From an uncultured Propionibacteriaceae bacterium (GTDB lineage: Bacteria; Actinomycetota; Actinomycetes; Propionibacteriales; Propionibacteriaceae), in assembly GCA_964402325.1 (NCBI GenBank), contig CAYOBI010000001.1:8466-72465 (forward strand): a stretch of DNA of 64,000 nucleotides, given 5' to 3'. Position 1 is the first letter of the stretch. Each line of letters starts with the position of its first letter. Shown here one piece after another: positions 1 to 7,698 of the stretch. Below the pieces are notes generated by a model. The model searched no databases. It was given only the letters and a program-made list of their open reading frames with translations, and was not told where the DNA came from. The position numbers and the translations under genes were made by a program.

Positions 1-1
1 C

Positions 2-439
2 AACCTGGTGACGATCAGCGGCAAGAAGGCCGTCCACGACCCGGTGCTGGTGCCATCCTCCGATGAGGAATGGGTGCACCTGACCCTCGAGCTGTTGCTG
101 CTCCTGACCTTCCGGACGCAGGCCGTGGCGGGGGTGACGGCGCTGGTCCATCTGCTCGCACACCTCCAGCCGGACTTCGACGGCGGTCCCCACACCCTCG
201 ACGAGCTGCAGGAAGCGTGGTGGGAGAGCCCTGCGAACGAGCGGGCGGACTACCTGGCCCAGCACGCCTGGGGCCGGGAGGTCAGTGACCTGCAGCTGGC
301 GGGCTGTGTGGAGCAGTACGAGGACTGTGGCCTGTGGACCCACCAGGGCGACCGGCTGGTCGCCACTCCGCTGTCCTGGGACTTCCTGGTTGTCCTGATC
401 AGCGCCGTGGACACCGGCGTGTTCGATCTCGAGGACTGA
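2..439 (+). CDS. hypothetical protein, 5' end cut by the window edge
   Basis: ORF track 8..439. The frame stays open back to base 2. Composition is balanced rather than Arg/Pro/Gly-rich. No family recognised. Confidence 0.5.
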   Translation, partial: NLVTISGKKAVHDPVLVPSSDEEWVHLTLELLLLLTFRTQAVAGVTALVHLLAHLQPDFDGGPHTLDELQEAWWESPANERADYLAQHAWGREVSDLQLAGCVEQYEDCGLWTHQGDRLVATPLSWDFLVVLISAVDTGVFDLED

Positions 440-514
440 GGGCCCGTTCCACTGGTGGATTGTCGGGTGAAGACGCCGGACAATCCACCACTGGGCTGAC
501 CTCGGCAGCGCCGC

Positions 515-1765
515 TCAGTCCGCCCTGAGCCGGGCCAGCGCGTCCTCCACGTCGGCACACCAGGTGCCGTCCCCGAGGCGGGTCTCGTCGCCGATCACCA
601 GCAGCCGATGGCCGGTCGATGCCAGCTGCTCGTTGACCCTCGGCAGCAGGTGGCGGGCATGGGAGACGACAGTGCCGACCCGAGTCATGTCGACCACCAC
701 CGCCTCGCGGTCCACGGCCGCACCGAGGATGGTCCGCATCGCCGCCTCGATGCCGAGGAAGGCCAGGTCCCCCTGCAGCTCGACCAACCGCGCCCGATCC
801 GAGAGGTCGACTACCTGGCGGACGGTCAGGTGGTGCGGCGGGGAGACCCGGGTGAAGTGCAGGTCGAAGTCCTGGGAGAGGTGCTCGCAGACCAGCGTGC
901 CGCGGACGGAGTTGCCGTGTCGGTCCAGCGGCGGAGCGAAGGTCCCGATGCCCAGCTGCCCCGGCGCCGCGGCGACGATGCCCCCGCCGACCCCCGACTT
1001 GGCGGGCAGCCCGACCCGGATCATCCACTCCCCCGCGTTGTCGTACATGCCGCAGGTGGCCATCACCGACATCACCCGTTCGGCGACCGCCGCCGGCATG
1101 ATCCGCTCCCCCGACACCGGGTGGACGCCGCGGTTGGCCAGGGTCGCCCCCATCCGGGCCAGGTCGGCGGCGGTGACGAGCACCGAGCACTGGCGCAGGT
1201 AGGCGTCCAGCGCGTCCTCCGGATCGCCGTCCACCACGCCGGCGGAGGTCAGCAGCCAGGCCAGCGCCCGGTTGCGGGCAGCGTCTTCGGTCTCCGCCGC
1301 GTAGACCTCCTCGTCGACCTCCAGCGGGCGGCCGGCCAGCCGCTCGTAGAACTCCAGGATCCGCGGAAAGCGGGGCTCGAGAACGCACCAGTCGGCGGCG
1401 ATCGCGCCGACGTTGACCAGTGGGTTCGCCGGGCGGTGCGGTTCCCCGTCGAGGGAGATCTCGTTGAACGCCTCCCCCGAGGGCTCCACGTTGATCCGGG
1501 CGTCCATGTATTCGCTGCCGCGGTCGATCAGCGCCAACGCGTAGGTGAAGGCCTTGGAGATCGACTGGATCGCGAAGCGCTCCTCCGACTCACCGCCGGC
1601 GTACTCGTGCCCGTCGACCGTGCAGATCGCGACGCCGGTGGCCGAGGGATGCTCCGCTCCGATCGCGTACGGCTCCCCGTCCGTCACCTCCCGGGTGCGG
1701 GCGACCACCTCTTCGAGGTGGTCCAGGACCGGCGTACGAGCGGCGAGGATCTCGGGCGTCTCCAT
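515..1765 (-). CDS. glsA: glutaminase A with a C-terminal STAS-like domain
   Basis: ORF 515..1813. Glutaminase motifs are SISKAFTYALAL (Ser-x-x-Lys), NPLVNVGAI, SGVGGGIVA and PLDRHGNSVRG. The last ~110 aa (LVELQGDLAFLG...VVVDMTRVGTV...RLLVIGDE) look like a STAS/anti-sigma-antagonist fold. Start placed at ATG 1765 (METPEIL). Confidence 0.85.
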   Translation of the reverse strand: METPEILAARTPVLDHLEEVVARTREVTDGEPYAIGAEHPSATGVAICTVDGHEYAGGESEERFAIQSISKAFTYALALIDRGSEYMDARINVEPSGEAFNEISLDGEPHRPANPLVNVGAIAADWCVLEPRFPRILEFYERLAGRPLEVDEEVYAAETEDAARNRALAWLLTSAGVVDGDPEDALDAYLRQCSVLVTAADLARMGATLANRGVHPVSGERIMPAAVAERVMSVMATCGMYDNAGEWMIRVGLPAKSGVGGGIVAAAPGQLGIGTFAPPLDRHGNSVRGTLVCEHLSQDFDLHFTRVSPPHHLTVRQVVDLSDRARLVELQGDLAFLGIEAAMRTILGAAVDREAVVVDMTRVGTVVSHARHLLPRVNEQLASTGHRLLVIGDETRLGDGTWCADVEDALARLRAD

Positions 1766-1810
1766 GGCGCCAGCCAAGCACAGCGCCGGGAGACGCCGGA
1801 GGACAGGGCC

Positions 1811-1883
1811 CATGTATAGACATGAGCGTCGCAGACTGCCCCGTAAGTGGTCTTCACACGACCCGTGCCCTTTAATGTCTAGC
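1811..1883. promoter_or_regulatory. candidate GntR/HutC-type operator elements in the glsA/gntR divergent intergenic region
   Basis: Three elements fit the GntR-family core GT-n-TA-n-AC or its half: CATGTATAGACATG (1811-1824, near-palindrome), AGTGGTCTTCAC (1846-1857) and ATGTCTAGC (1875-1883). The region is locally AT-richer than its surroundings. Confidence 0.35.
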
Positions 1884-1904
1884 CCAATGTGGGATCATGT
1901 CCGA

Positions 1905-2666
1905 ATGGGGACCGAGGGTGCCGGAGTCGCGCGGTACGTCGCGATCGAACAATGGCTGGTCGGACTGTGCTCGACGCTGCCCGCCGGGTCCGGACTGCCG
2001 ACGGAGGCCGAGGTCGCCGAACGGTTCCACGTCAGCCGGATGACCGCCCGCCAGGCCTTCCAGAACCTGGTGCAGGAGGGCCTGATCGAGCGGCGCCGCG
2101 GTGCCGGAAGCTTCGTGCTGCCCCGGCCCCTGCATCGCAAACCGACGGTCATGCGCTCGTTCAGCCAGGAGATGGCGGCCCGCGGCCTGGTGGCAAGCTC
2201 GCGGATCGTCCGCGCCGAGGTGGCGACTGCGCCCGAAGCGGCGGCCGCCATGGGTCTGCCGCCCGCCGACTGGATGGTCATCATCGAACGGGTCAGGTGC
2301 GCCGATGGACTCCCCGTCGCCCTGGAGCGCGCCGTGCTGCCCGGCCGGTTCGCCGCGGTGCTGGAGGCCGATCTGGCCCAGGGCTCCCTGCACCAGGCCC
2401 TGGCCGCCCTCGGCCGACGGATCGGACAGGCCACCGGTTACGTCACCGCCCGGTTGGCCACCGATGAGGAGGCGGGACTGCTCGGCCTGGACCTGCCGGC
2501 CGCCCTGCTGGTCGAGTCCAGGATGGTCACCGACCCGGACGGCACCCCGATTGAGAGCACCCGCACCGCGTACGCGGGATCGCGCTGGGTGATCGACACC
2601 GGATCGTACGTCCCTGCCGAGCCTCCGCGTTCCGGCTCGGGAACCGGCCCTTCCCCTGCCCGGTAG
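1905..2666 (+). CDS. GntR-family (HutC subfamily) transcriptional regulator
   Basis: In frame with ORF 1545..2666. Winged HTH: LPTEAEVAERFHVSRMTARQAFQNLVQEGLIERRRGAGSFV. A UTRA-like C-terminal effector domain follows. ATG at 1905 (MGTEGAG). Confidence 0.85.
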   Translation: MGTEGAGVARYVAIEQWLVGLCSTLPAGSGLPTEAEVAERFHVSRMTARQAFQNLVQEGLIERRRGAGSFVLPRPLHRKPTVMRSFSQEMAARGLVASSRIVRAEVATAPEAAAAMGLPPADWMVIIERVRCADGLPVALERAVLPGRFAAVLEADLAQGSLHQALAALGRRIGQATGYVTARLATDEEAGLLGLDLPAALLVESRMVTDPDGTPIESTRTAYAGSRWVIDTGSYVPAEPPRSGSGTGPSPAR

Positions 2667-2699
2667 ATTGGAGGACACGTCCTCGGCGGGGAGGTCGCC

Positions 2700-3137
2700 A
2701 TGGCATGGATCCTCTGGTTGGTGCTGGCCGTGGCACTGGGCGCGGCCGAGTTCGCCACCCTCACCCTCGCCTTCGGCCTGCTCGCTGCCGCGGCTCTCGT
2801 CGCGTCCGTGGTCGCCGGGCTGGGTGGCGGGGTCCTGGTGCAGGTGATCGCGTTCACCGCGGCGGGCGCCGTCGGCCTGCTGGTCGTACGACCGATCGCG
2901 CGCCGCCAACTCGAATCGCCACCCTTGTCGCGGGAGGGCTCCGATGCCCTCGTGGGGCAGACAGCCGTGGTCCTGCAGGAGGTCACCGCGCAGCAGGGCC
3001 TGGTCAAGCTCGCCGGTGACGCGTGGTCGGCCCGCTCGTTCGACGAGACCCACGTGATCCCCGTCGGAGCCGCGGTCGAGGTGATGGAGATCGACGGCGC
3101 CCGCGCCGTGGTCTATCCCCGCGACCTGCTCCCCTGA
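2700..3137 (+). CDS. NfeD-family membrane protein
   Basis: ORF 2700..3137. Two N-terminal TM helices plus a C-terminal OB-like NfeD domain (GLVKLAGDAWSARS...VEVMEIDGARAVVYP). GGAGG sits upstream of the ATG. It directly precedes an SPFH gene, which is the canonical pairing. Confidence 0.8.
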   Translation: MAWILWLVLAVALGAAEFATLTLAFGLLAAAALVASVVAGLGGGVLVQVIAFTAAGAVGLLVVRPIARRQLESPPLSREGSDALVGQTAVVLQEVTAQQGLVKLAGDAWSARSFDETHVIPVGAAVEVMEIDGARAVVYPRDLLP

Positions 3138-3167
3138 TCCCCCAGCCCTGAACGGAGACGAACAATC

Positions 3168-4283
3168 ATGGACCTGGTCCTGGTACCGATCATCGTCGCG
3201 GCGCTCCTGATGGTCTTTCTTGCCGTCGGCGGCGTCCGCGTCGTTCCTCAGGCCCGCCGCTACAACATCGAGCGGTTCGGCCGCTACCGGGTGACACTGC
3301 AACCCGGACTCAACTTCATCGTGCCGCTGGTGGACCGGGTGAACAGTCGGCTCGACATCCGCGAGCAGGTGTTCACCTCCCGACCCCAGCCGGTCATCAC
3401 CCAGGACAACCTGGTCGTGAACATCGACACGGTGCTCTACTACCAGATCACCGACCCGCGCGCGGCGGTCTACGAGGTCGCTGACTACCTGCAGGCGATC
3501 GACCAGCTCACCGTCACCACGCTGCGCAACGTCATCGGTTCGATGGACCTGGAGAGCACCCTGACCTCGCGGGAGGAGATCAACGCCCAGTTGCGCTCAG
3601 TCCTCGACGACGCCACCGGCAAGTGGGGCATCCGGGTCAACCGCGTGGAGATCAAGGCCATCGATCCGCCGGCCACGATCAAGGAGGCGATGGAGAAGCA
3701 GATGCGCGCCGAGCGCGACAAGCGCGCCGCGATCCTGCATGCGGAGGGCGAACGGCAGGCGAAGATCCTCACCGCCGAAGGCACCCGGCAGCAGTCGATC
3801 CTGGAGGCCCAGGGCGACCAGCAGGCGGCGATCCTGCGCGCTGACGGCGAGGCGCGGGCGATCGACCTGGTGTTCCAGGCGGTCCACCGCAACGACGCCG
3901 ATCCGAAGGTGCTGGCCTACAAGTACCTCGAGGTCCTGCCGCAGCTCGCAGAAGGCGAGAACAACACGCTGTGGGTCATTCCCGGTGAGCTGACCAGGGC
4001 GATCCAGACCGTGACCGAGGCGTTCGCCGACCGCTCCCCCGCCGCTGCCCGGACGCAGGCGCCGCCGTCCGTGGTCGGGCCCCAGGGGACGACCGAGGAC
4101 GACGGGACCGCCGACGACGGGGGCACACCGGCCCTCACCGCCGGCGGACCGGCCGCCCTCGATGTCACGCCCAGCCCCGACCAGGTGGCCGAACTGGCTC
4201 GCACCGCGGTGGCCGACGCCAGGGCCGCCGCGGCTGCCGCGCAGCGGGAGATGCCGGGGTCGGAGGGGTCCCCCAGGCAGTAG
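3168..4283 (+). CDS. SPFH/band-7 (stomatin/QmcA-like) membrane protein
   Basis: ORF 3168..4283. An N-terminal TM is followed by VRVVPQARRYNIERFGRYRVTLQPGLNFIVPLVDRV. It also has a coiled Ala/Glu/Arg-rich segment (AERDKRAAILHAEGERQAKILTAEG) and a low-complexity tail. GGAG RBS. Confidence 0.9.
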   Translation: MDLVLVPIIVAALLMVFLAVGGVRVVPQARRYNIERFGRYRVTLQPGLNFIVPLVDRVNSRLDIREQVFTSRPQPVITQDNLVVNIDTVLYYQITDPRAAVYEVADYLQAIDQLTVTTLRNVIGSMDLESTLTSREEINAQLRSVLDDATGKWGIRVNRVEIKAIDPPATIKEAMEKQMRAERDKRAAILHAEGERQAKILTAEGTRQQSILEAQGDQQAAILRADGEARAIDLVFQAVHRNDADPKVLAYKYLEVLPQLAEGENNTLWVIPGELTRAIQTVTEAFADRSPAAARTQAPPSVVGPQGTTEDDGTADDGGTPALTAGGPAALDVTPSPDQVAELARTAVADARAAAAAAQREMPGSEGSPRQ

Positions 4284-4439
4284 CCGCGACCGCTGGCATT
4301 GGGCCGGTTGAGTAGCATGGGTCCGGCTCGGGGCACGGACCACCGCCTCCCGGTCCACGTTCCCGGGCCGGGACCGGCACTGTCGGTGGCCCCTGGGACG
4401 ATGTGTCAGCAGCGAGGCGAGGGAGGGGAGGGAGGGGAC

Positions 4440-7400
4440 GTGTCGAGCGAATTGCAGTCCGGTGCAGCCGATCTGACCGATGAGGCGCTGGCGCTGAGAT
4501 TCGGGCAGGAGACCCTCCGCCGGGGGCGTGGCTACGCGGACCAGGGACGCGTCGGCGAGATCGCGGTCGGCGGTGCCGGGGAGCGCGTCCTGATCAGCGC
4601 GACCGTGCACGGCTCGTCCGCCTACCACACGGTGATCAGCAGGGTCGCGACGCCCGGTCGGGCGTCCCTGGCGACCCACTGCTCCTGCCCGCTCGGCAGC
4701 GACTGCAAGCACGTCGTCGCCGTCCTCCTCGTCCTGCGCGCCGGTGCCGCGCCGGAATCCTCGCCGCGATCGGGCCGGCAGCTCGTCCCGGCCTGGCAGC
4801 GGGCCCTGGCGGTGGTCGCGGAGCAAGCCGACGGTGCCCGGCAGGGGGACCCGCTCGGGCTGCAGTTCGCGATGGACAAGGACGGTCGACTCAGCCTGCA
4901 GCCGGTGCTGCGAGGGGTGTCCGGTCGGTGGATCCGTACCGGGATCAGTTGGGACTCCCTGCGTGGCTTCACCGGGCAGTTCCGGGCCCGGCACGTCGAG
5001 ACGCTGCGGATGCTCGACGCCTGCGCAGGGCAGGGCACCTACTACGGCTACTACGGCCGCAGCGGTCCACTGTCCCTCGACCAGGCCCGACCCGCCGTGT
5101 GGGGTGCCCTGCGGGACGCCCGGGAGGCCGGGGTCGACTTCGTCCCGGCCGCCCGGACGCCCCCGGTCCGGCTGGCCGACGGCCCGGCCGCGTTGACCCT
5201 CGAGGTCAGCCCGGCCGCGGCGGACGGGCTGGCGTTGTTGCCGGCGGTCCGGGTGCCCGGTGCCGTCAGCGGCAGTCCCGTGGCCCTCCTCGGGCGCCCC
5301 GTCCACGGGGTGTGCGTGTCCTTGCCGGACGGGCTCCTGCTGGGCGGGTTCGAGCGTCCGTTGACCGCGGCACAGCACGCCCTCGTCGAACAGGGCCCGC
5401 TCACGGTCCCGCAGCAGGACGTCGCCCGGTTCGTCACCGGCTACCTGCCCGCCCTGCGGCACACGGTCGACGTACGGGAAGCCGAGGGGGTCGACCTGCC
5501 CGCAGCCGCGCTGCCGGTGCTCGAGGTCCACCTCACCTTCCACCCTGGGGACCGGGCGGCCCTGCGCTGGGCGGTCCGCTACGACCTGGGCGGCGAGACG
5601 CTCTCCTTCGACCCGGCGCCCGGGGAGGACGACCCGCTCGTGCGTGACCCGGCGGCCGAGCGGGCCCTGTTCGCGTCGCTGCCGGACGGTCCGTGGCCCG
5701 TCGTCGACAGCCCGGAGGGCCGCCGCCCGGACGGGGAGGCGATCCTGGCCGGCCGCGCCACCATCGACCTGGCGACCACGGCGCTGCCCCGGTTGCGTGC
5801 GGTCGACGGCGTCGAGGTCCACGTGCACGGGGCCGTGCCCGACTACCGTGAGTCGTCCGAGACACCGCAGGTGAACCTGAGGGTCAGCCGGCCCGAGGAC
5901 GGGGTGACCGACTGGTTCGACCTGGCCGTCGACGTCACCCTGGGGGACGAGGAGGTCCCCTTCGTCGCCCTCTTCACCGCCTTGACACTCGGCCACGACC
6001 ACCTCGTGCTGGAGTCCGGCACCTGGTTCGGCCTCGACCGCCCGGAGCTCGACCAACTGCGCCACCTGATCGAGGAGGCGCGTGACCTGGGTGACGGCGA
6101 GCCGGGCAGCTACCGACTGCGCGTCGAACACGCCGGCCTGTGGGATGAACTCGTCTCCCTCGGGGTGGTCGTCGACCAGGCGGACAGTTGGCGGCGGGCG
6201 GTCTCCGGACTTCTCGACCGCACCGAGCTGCCGCCCGCCCCGGTCCCCACCGGGCTGCACGCCACGCTGCGCCCCTACCAGGAGGAAGGGTTCCGCTGGC
6301 TGCGGTTCCTCTGGTCCTGCGGCCTGGGCGGAATCCTCGCCGACGACATGGGACTGGGCAAGACACTGCAGGCACTGGCCCTGATCGCCTCCGCCCGGGA
6401 GCACGGCGAACTGGCCGACCCGGTGCTCGTCGTCGCCCCCACGAGCGTGTTGTCGACGTGGGAGTCGGAGGCGGCCCGGTTCACCCCCGAGCTGGACGTA
6501 CGGGTCGTGACGCGCACCTCGACCAAGCGCGAGTCCACCCTGTCCGAGCTGGCCCGCGGGGCCCACGTCGTCGTCACCTCCTACACCCTGCTGCGCCTGG
6601 ACGACGTGGAGTACGCGGCCCAGCACTGGTCGGGGGTGATCCTCGACGAGGCGCAGTTCGTCAAGAACCGGCACGCCAAGGCCTACCAGGCGGTCCGGAG
6701 GCTGCAGACCGACGTCCGGTTCGCCATCACCGGCACACCGCTGGAGAACAGCCTGATGGACCTGTGGTCCCTGTTGTCCATCGCCGCCCCCGGCCTGTAC
6801 CCCGACCCGGAGCGCTTCACCGAGCTCTATCGCCGTCCCATCGAGAGCGGTTCCGACCCCGACGCGCTCCCCCGGCTGCGCCGCAGGATCCGGCCCGTGA
6901 TGCTGCGACGGACGAAACAGGCGGTGGCCGCCGACCTGCCCCCCAAACAGGAACAGGTGGTTCCGGTCACCCTCGCCCCCGCGCACCGGCGGCTCTACGA
7001 CAAGCAACTCCATGCCGAACGCCAGAAGGTGCTGGGGCTGGTCGGCGACCTCGACCGCAACCGCATCGCGATCCTCCGGTCGCTCACCCGGCTGCGCCAG
7101 CTCAGCCTCTCGCCGGCACTGATCGATCCCGCGCATCCCGCCCAGTCGGCGAAGATCGACCTCCTGGTCGAGATGCTCACCGAGTTGGCGACCGAGGGCC
7201 ACCGGGCCCTGGTGTTCAGCCAGTTCACCTCGTTCCTGGGGCTGGTGAAGCGCCGCCTGGACGCGGCCCACGTCGGCTACCAGTACCTCGACGGGAGTAC
7301 CCGGGACCGGGCCGCCCCCGTGAACGCGTTCCGCACCGGCGACGATCCGGCGTTCCTGATCAGCCTCAAGGCGGGCGGCTTCGGCCTCACTCTCACCGAG

Positions 7401-7652
7401 GCCGACTACGTGTTCGTCCTGGACCCCTGGTGGAACCCCGCCACCGAGTTGCAGGCCATCGACCGCACCCACCGGATCGGCCAGGACAAGAGCGTCGTCG
7501 TCTACCGCCTGGTCAGCGCGGACACCATCGAGGAACGCGTCGTCGCGCTGCAGCAGCGCAAGCGCGACCTGTTCGACCAGGTCGTCGGGACCGGCAGCGA
7601 CGTCGCGGCACCGCTCAGCGCCGCCGACATCCGCGGCCTGCTGGACCTGTGA
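4440..7652 (+). CDS. SWIM zinc-finger / SNF2-family DEAD-like helicase (HelZ-like)
   Basis: ORF 4299..7652. SWIM motif: CSCPLGSDCKHVVAVLL. SNF2 motifs: LRPYQEEGFRWL, LADDMGLGKTLQ, ILDEAQFVKN and DPWWNPATELQAIDRTHRIGQ. GTG 4440 follows a GGGAGGGGAGGGAGGGG purine run. ATG 4401 is an alternative start. Confidence 0.85.
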   Translation: MSSELQSGAADLTDEALALRFGQETLRRGRGYADQGRVGEIAVGGAGERVLISATVHGSSAYHTVISRVATPGRASLATHCSCPLGSDCKHVVAVLLVLRAGAAPESSPRSGRQLVPAWQRALAVVAEQADGARQGDPLGLQFAMDKDGRLSLQPVLRGVSGRWIRTGISWDSLRGFTGQFRARHVETLRMLDACAGQGTYYGYYGRSGPLSLDQARPAVWGALRDAREAGVDFVPAARTPPVRLADGPAALTLEVSPAAADGLALLPAVRVPGAVSGSPVALLGRPVHGVCVSLPDGLLLGGFERPLTAAQHALVEQGPLTVPQQDVARFVTGYLPALRHTVDVREAEGVDLPAAALPVLEVHLTFHPGDRAALRWAVRYDLGGETLSFDPAPGEDDPLVRDPAAERALFASLPDGPWPVVDSPEGRRPDGEAILAGRATIDLATTALPRLRAVDGVEVHVHGAVPDYRESSETPQVNLRVSRPEDGVTDWFDLAVDVTLGDEEVPFVALFTALTLGHDHLVLESGTWFGLDRPELDQLRHLIEEARDLGDGEPGSYRLRVEHAGLWDELVSLGVVVDQADSWRRAVSGLLDRTELPPAPVPTGLHATLRPYQEEGFRWLRFLWSCGLGGILADDMGLGKTLQALALIASAREHGELADPVLVVAPTSVLSTWESEAARFTPELDVRVVTRTSTKRESTLSELARGAHVVVTSYTLLRLDDVEYAAQHWSGVILDEAQFVKNRHAKAYQAVRRLQTDVRFAITGTPLENSLMDLWSLLSIAAPGLYPDPERFTELYRRPIESGSDPDALPRLRRRIRPVMLRRTKQAVAADLPPKQEQVVPVTLAPAHRRLYDKQLHAERQKVLGLVGDLDRNRIAILRSLTRLRQLSLSPALIDPAHPAQSAKIDLLVEMLTELATEGHRALVFSQFTSFLGLVKRRLDAAHVGYQYLDGSTRDRAAPVNAFRTGDDPAFLISLKAGGFGLTLTEADYVFVLDPWWNPATELQAIDRTHRIGQDKSVVVYRLVSADTIEERVVALQQRKRDLFDQVVGTGSDVAAPLSAADIRGLLDL

Positions 7653-7698
7653 CCTGGTCCGGCCCTTCACCGACCGCGACGCCGTCGAGGCGCTCCGG

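Noticed and set aside
4440-7652. The SNF2 helicase as part of a DISARM/BREX/Zorya-like defence system
   Set aside because: No methyltransferase, PLD/DUF1998, or other helicase or nuclease partner is present. The neighbours are a GntR regulator, NfeD/SPFH and an ABC exporter. SWIM-SNF2 proteins of this size are common chromosomal actinobacterial genes.
3597-7670. 1357-aa ORF on the minus strand spanning the whole SNF2 helicase locus
   Set aside because: It is an antisense shadow of the real + strand gene. The translation is Arg/Gly/Pro/Asp/Val-rich low-complexity sequence with no motifs, while the + frame carries complete SWIM and SNF2 motifs. Such shadows are typical of very GC-rich DNA.
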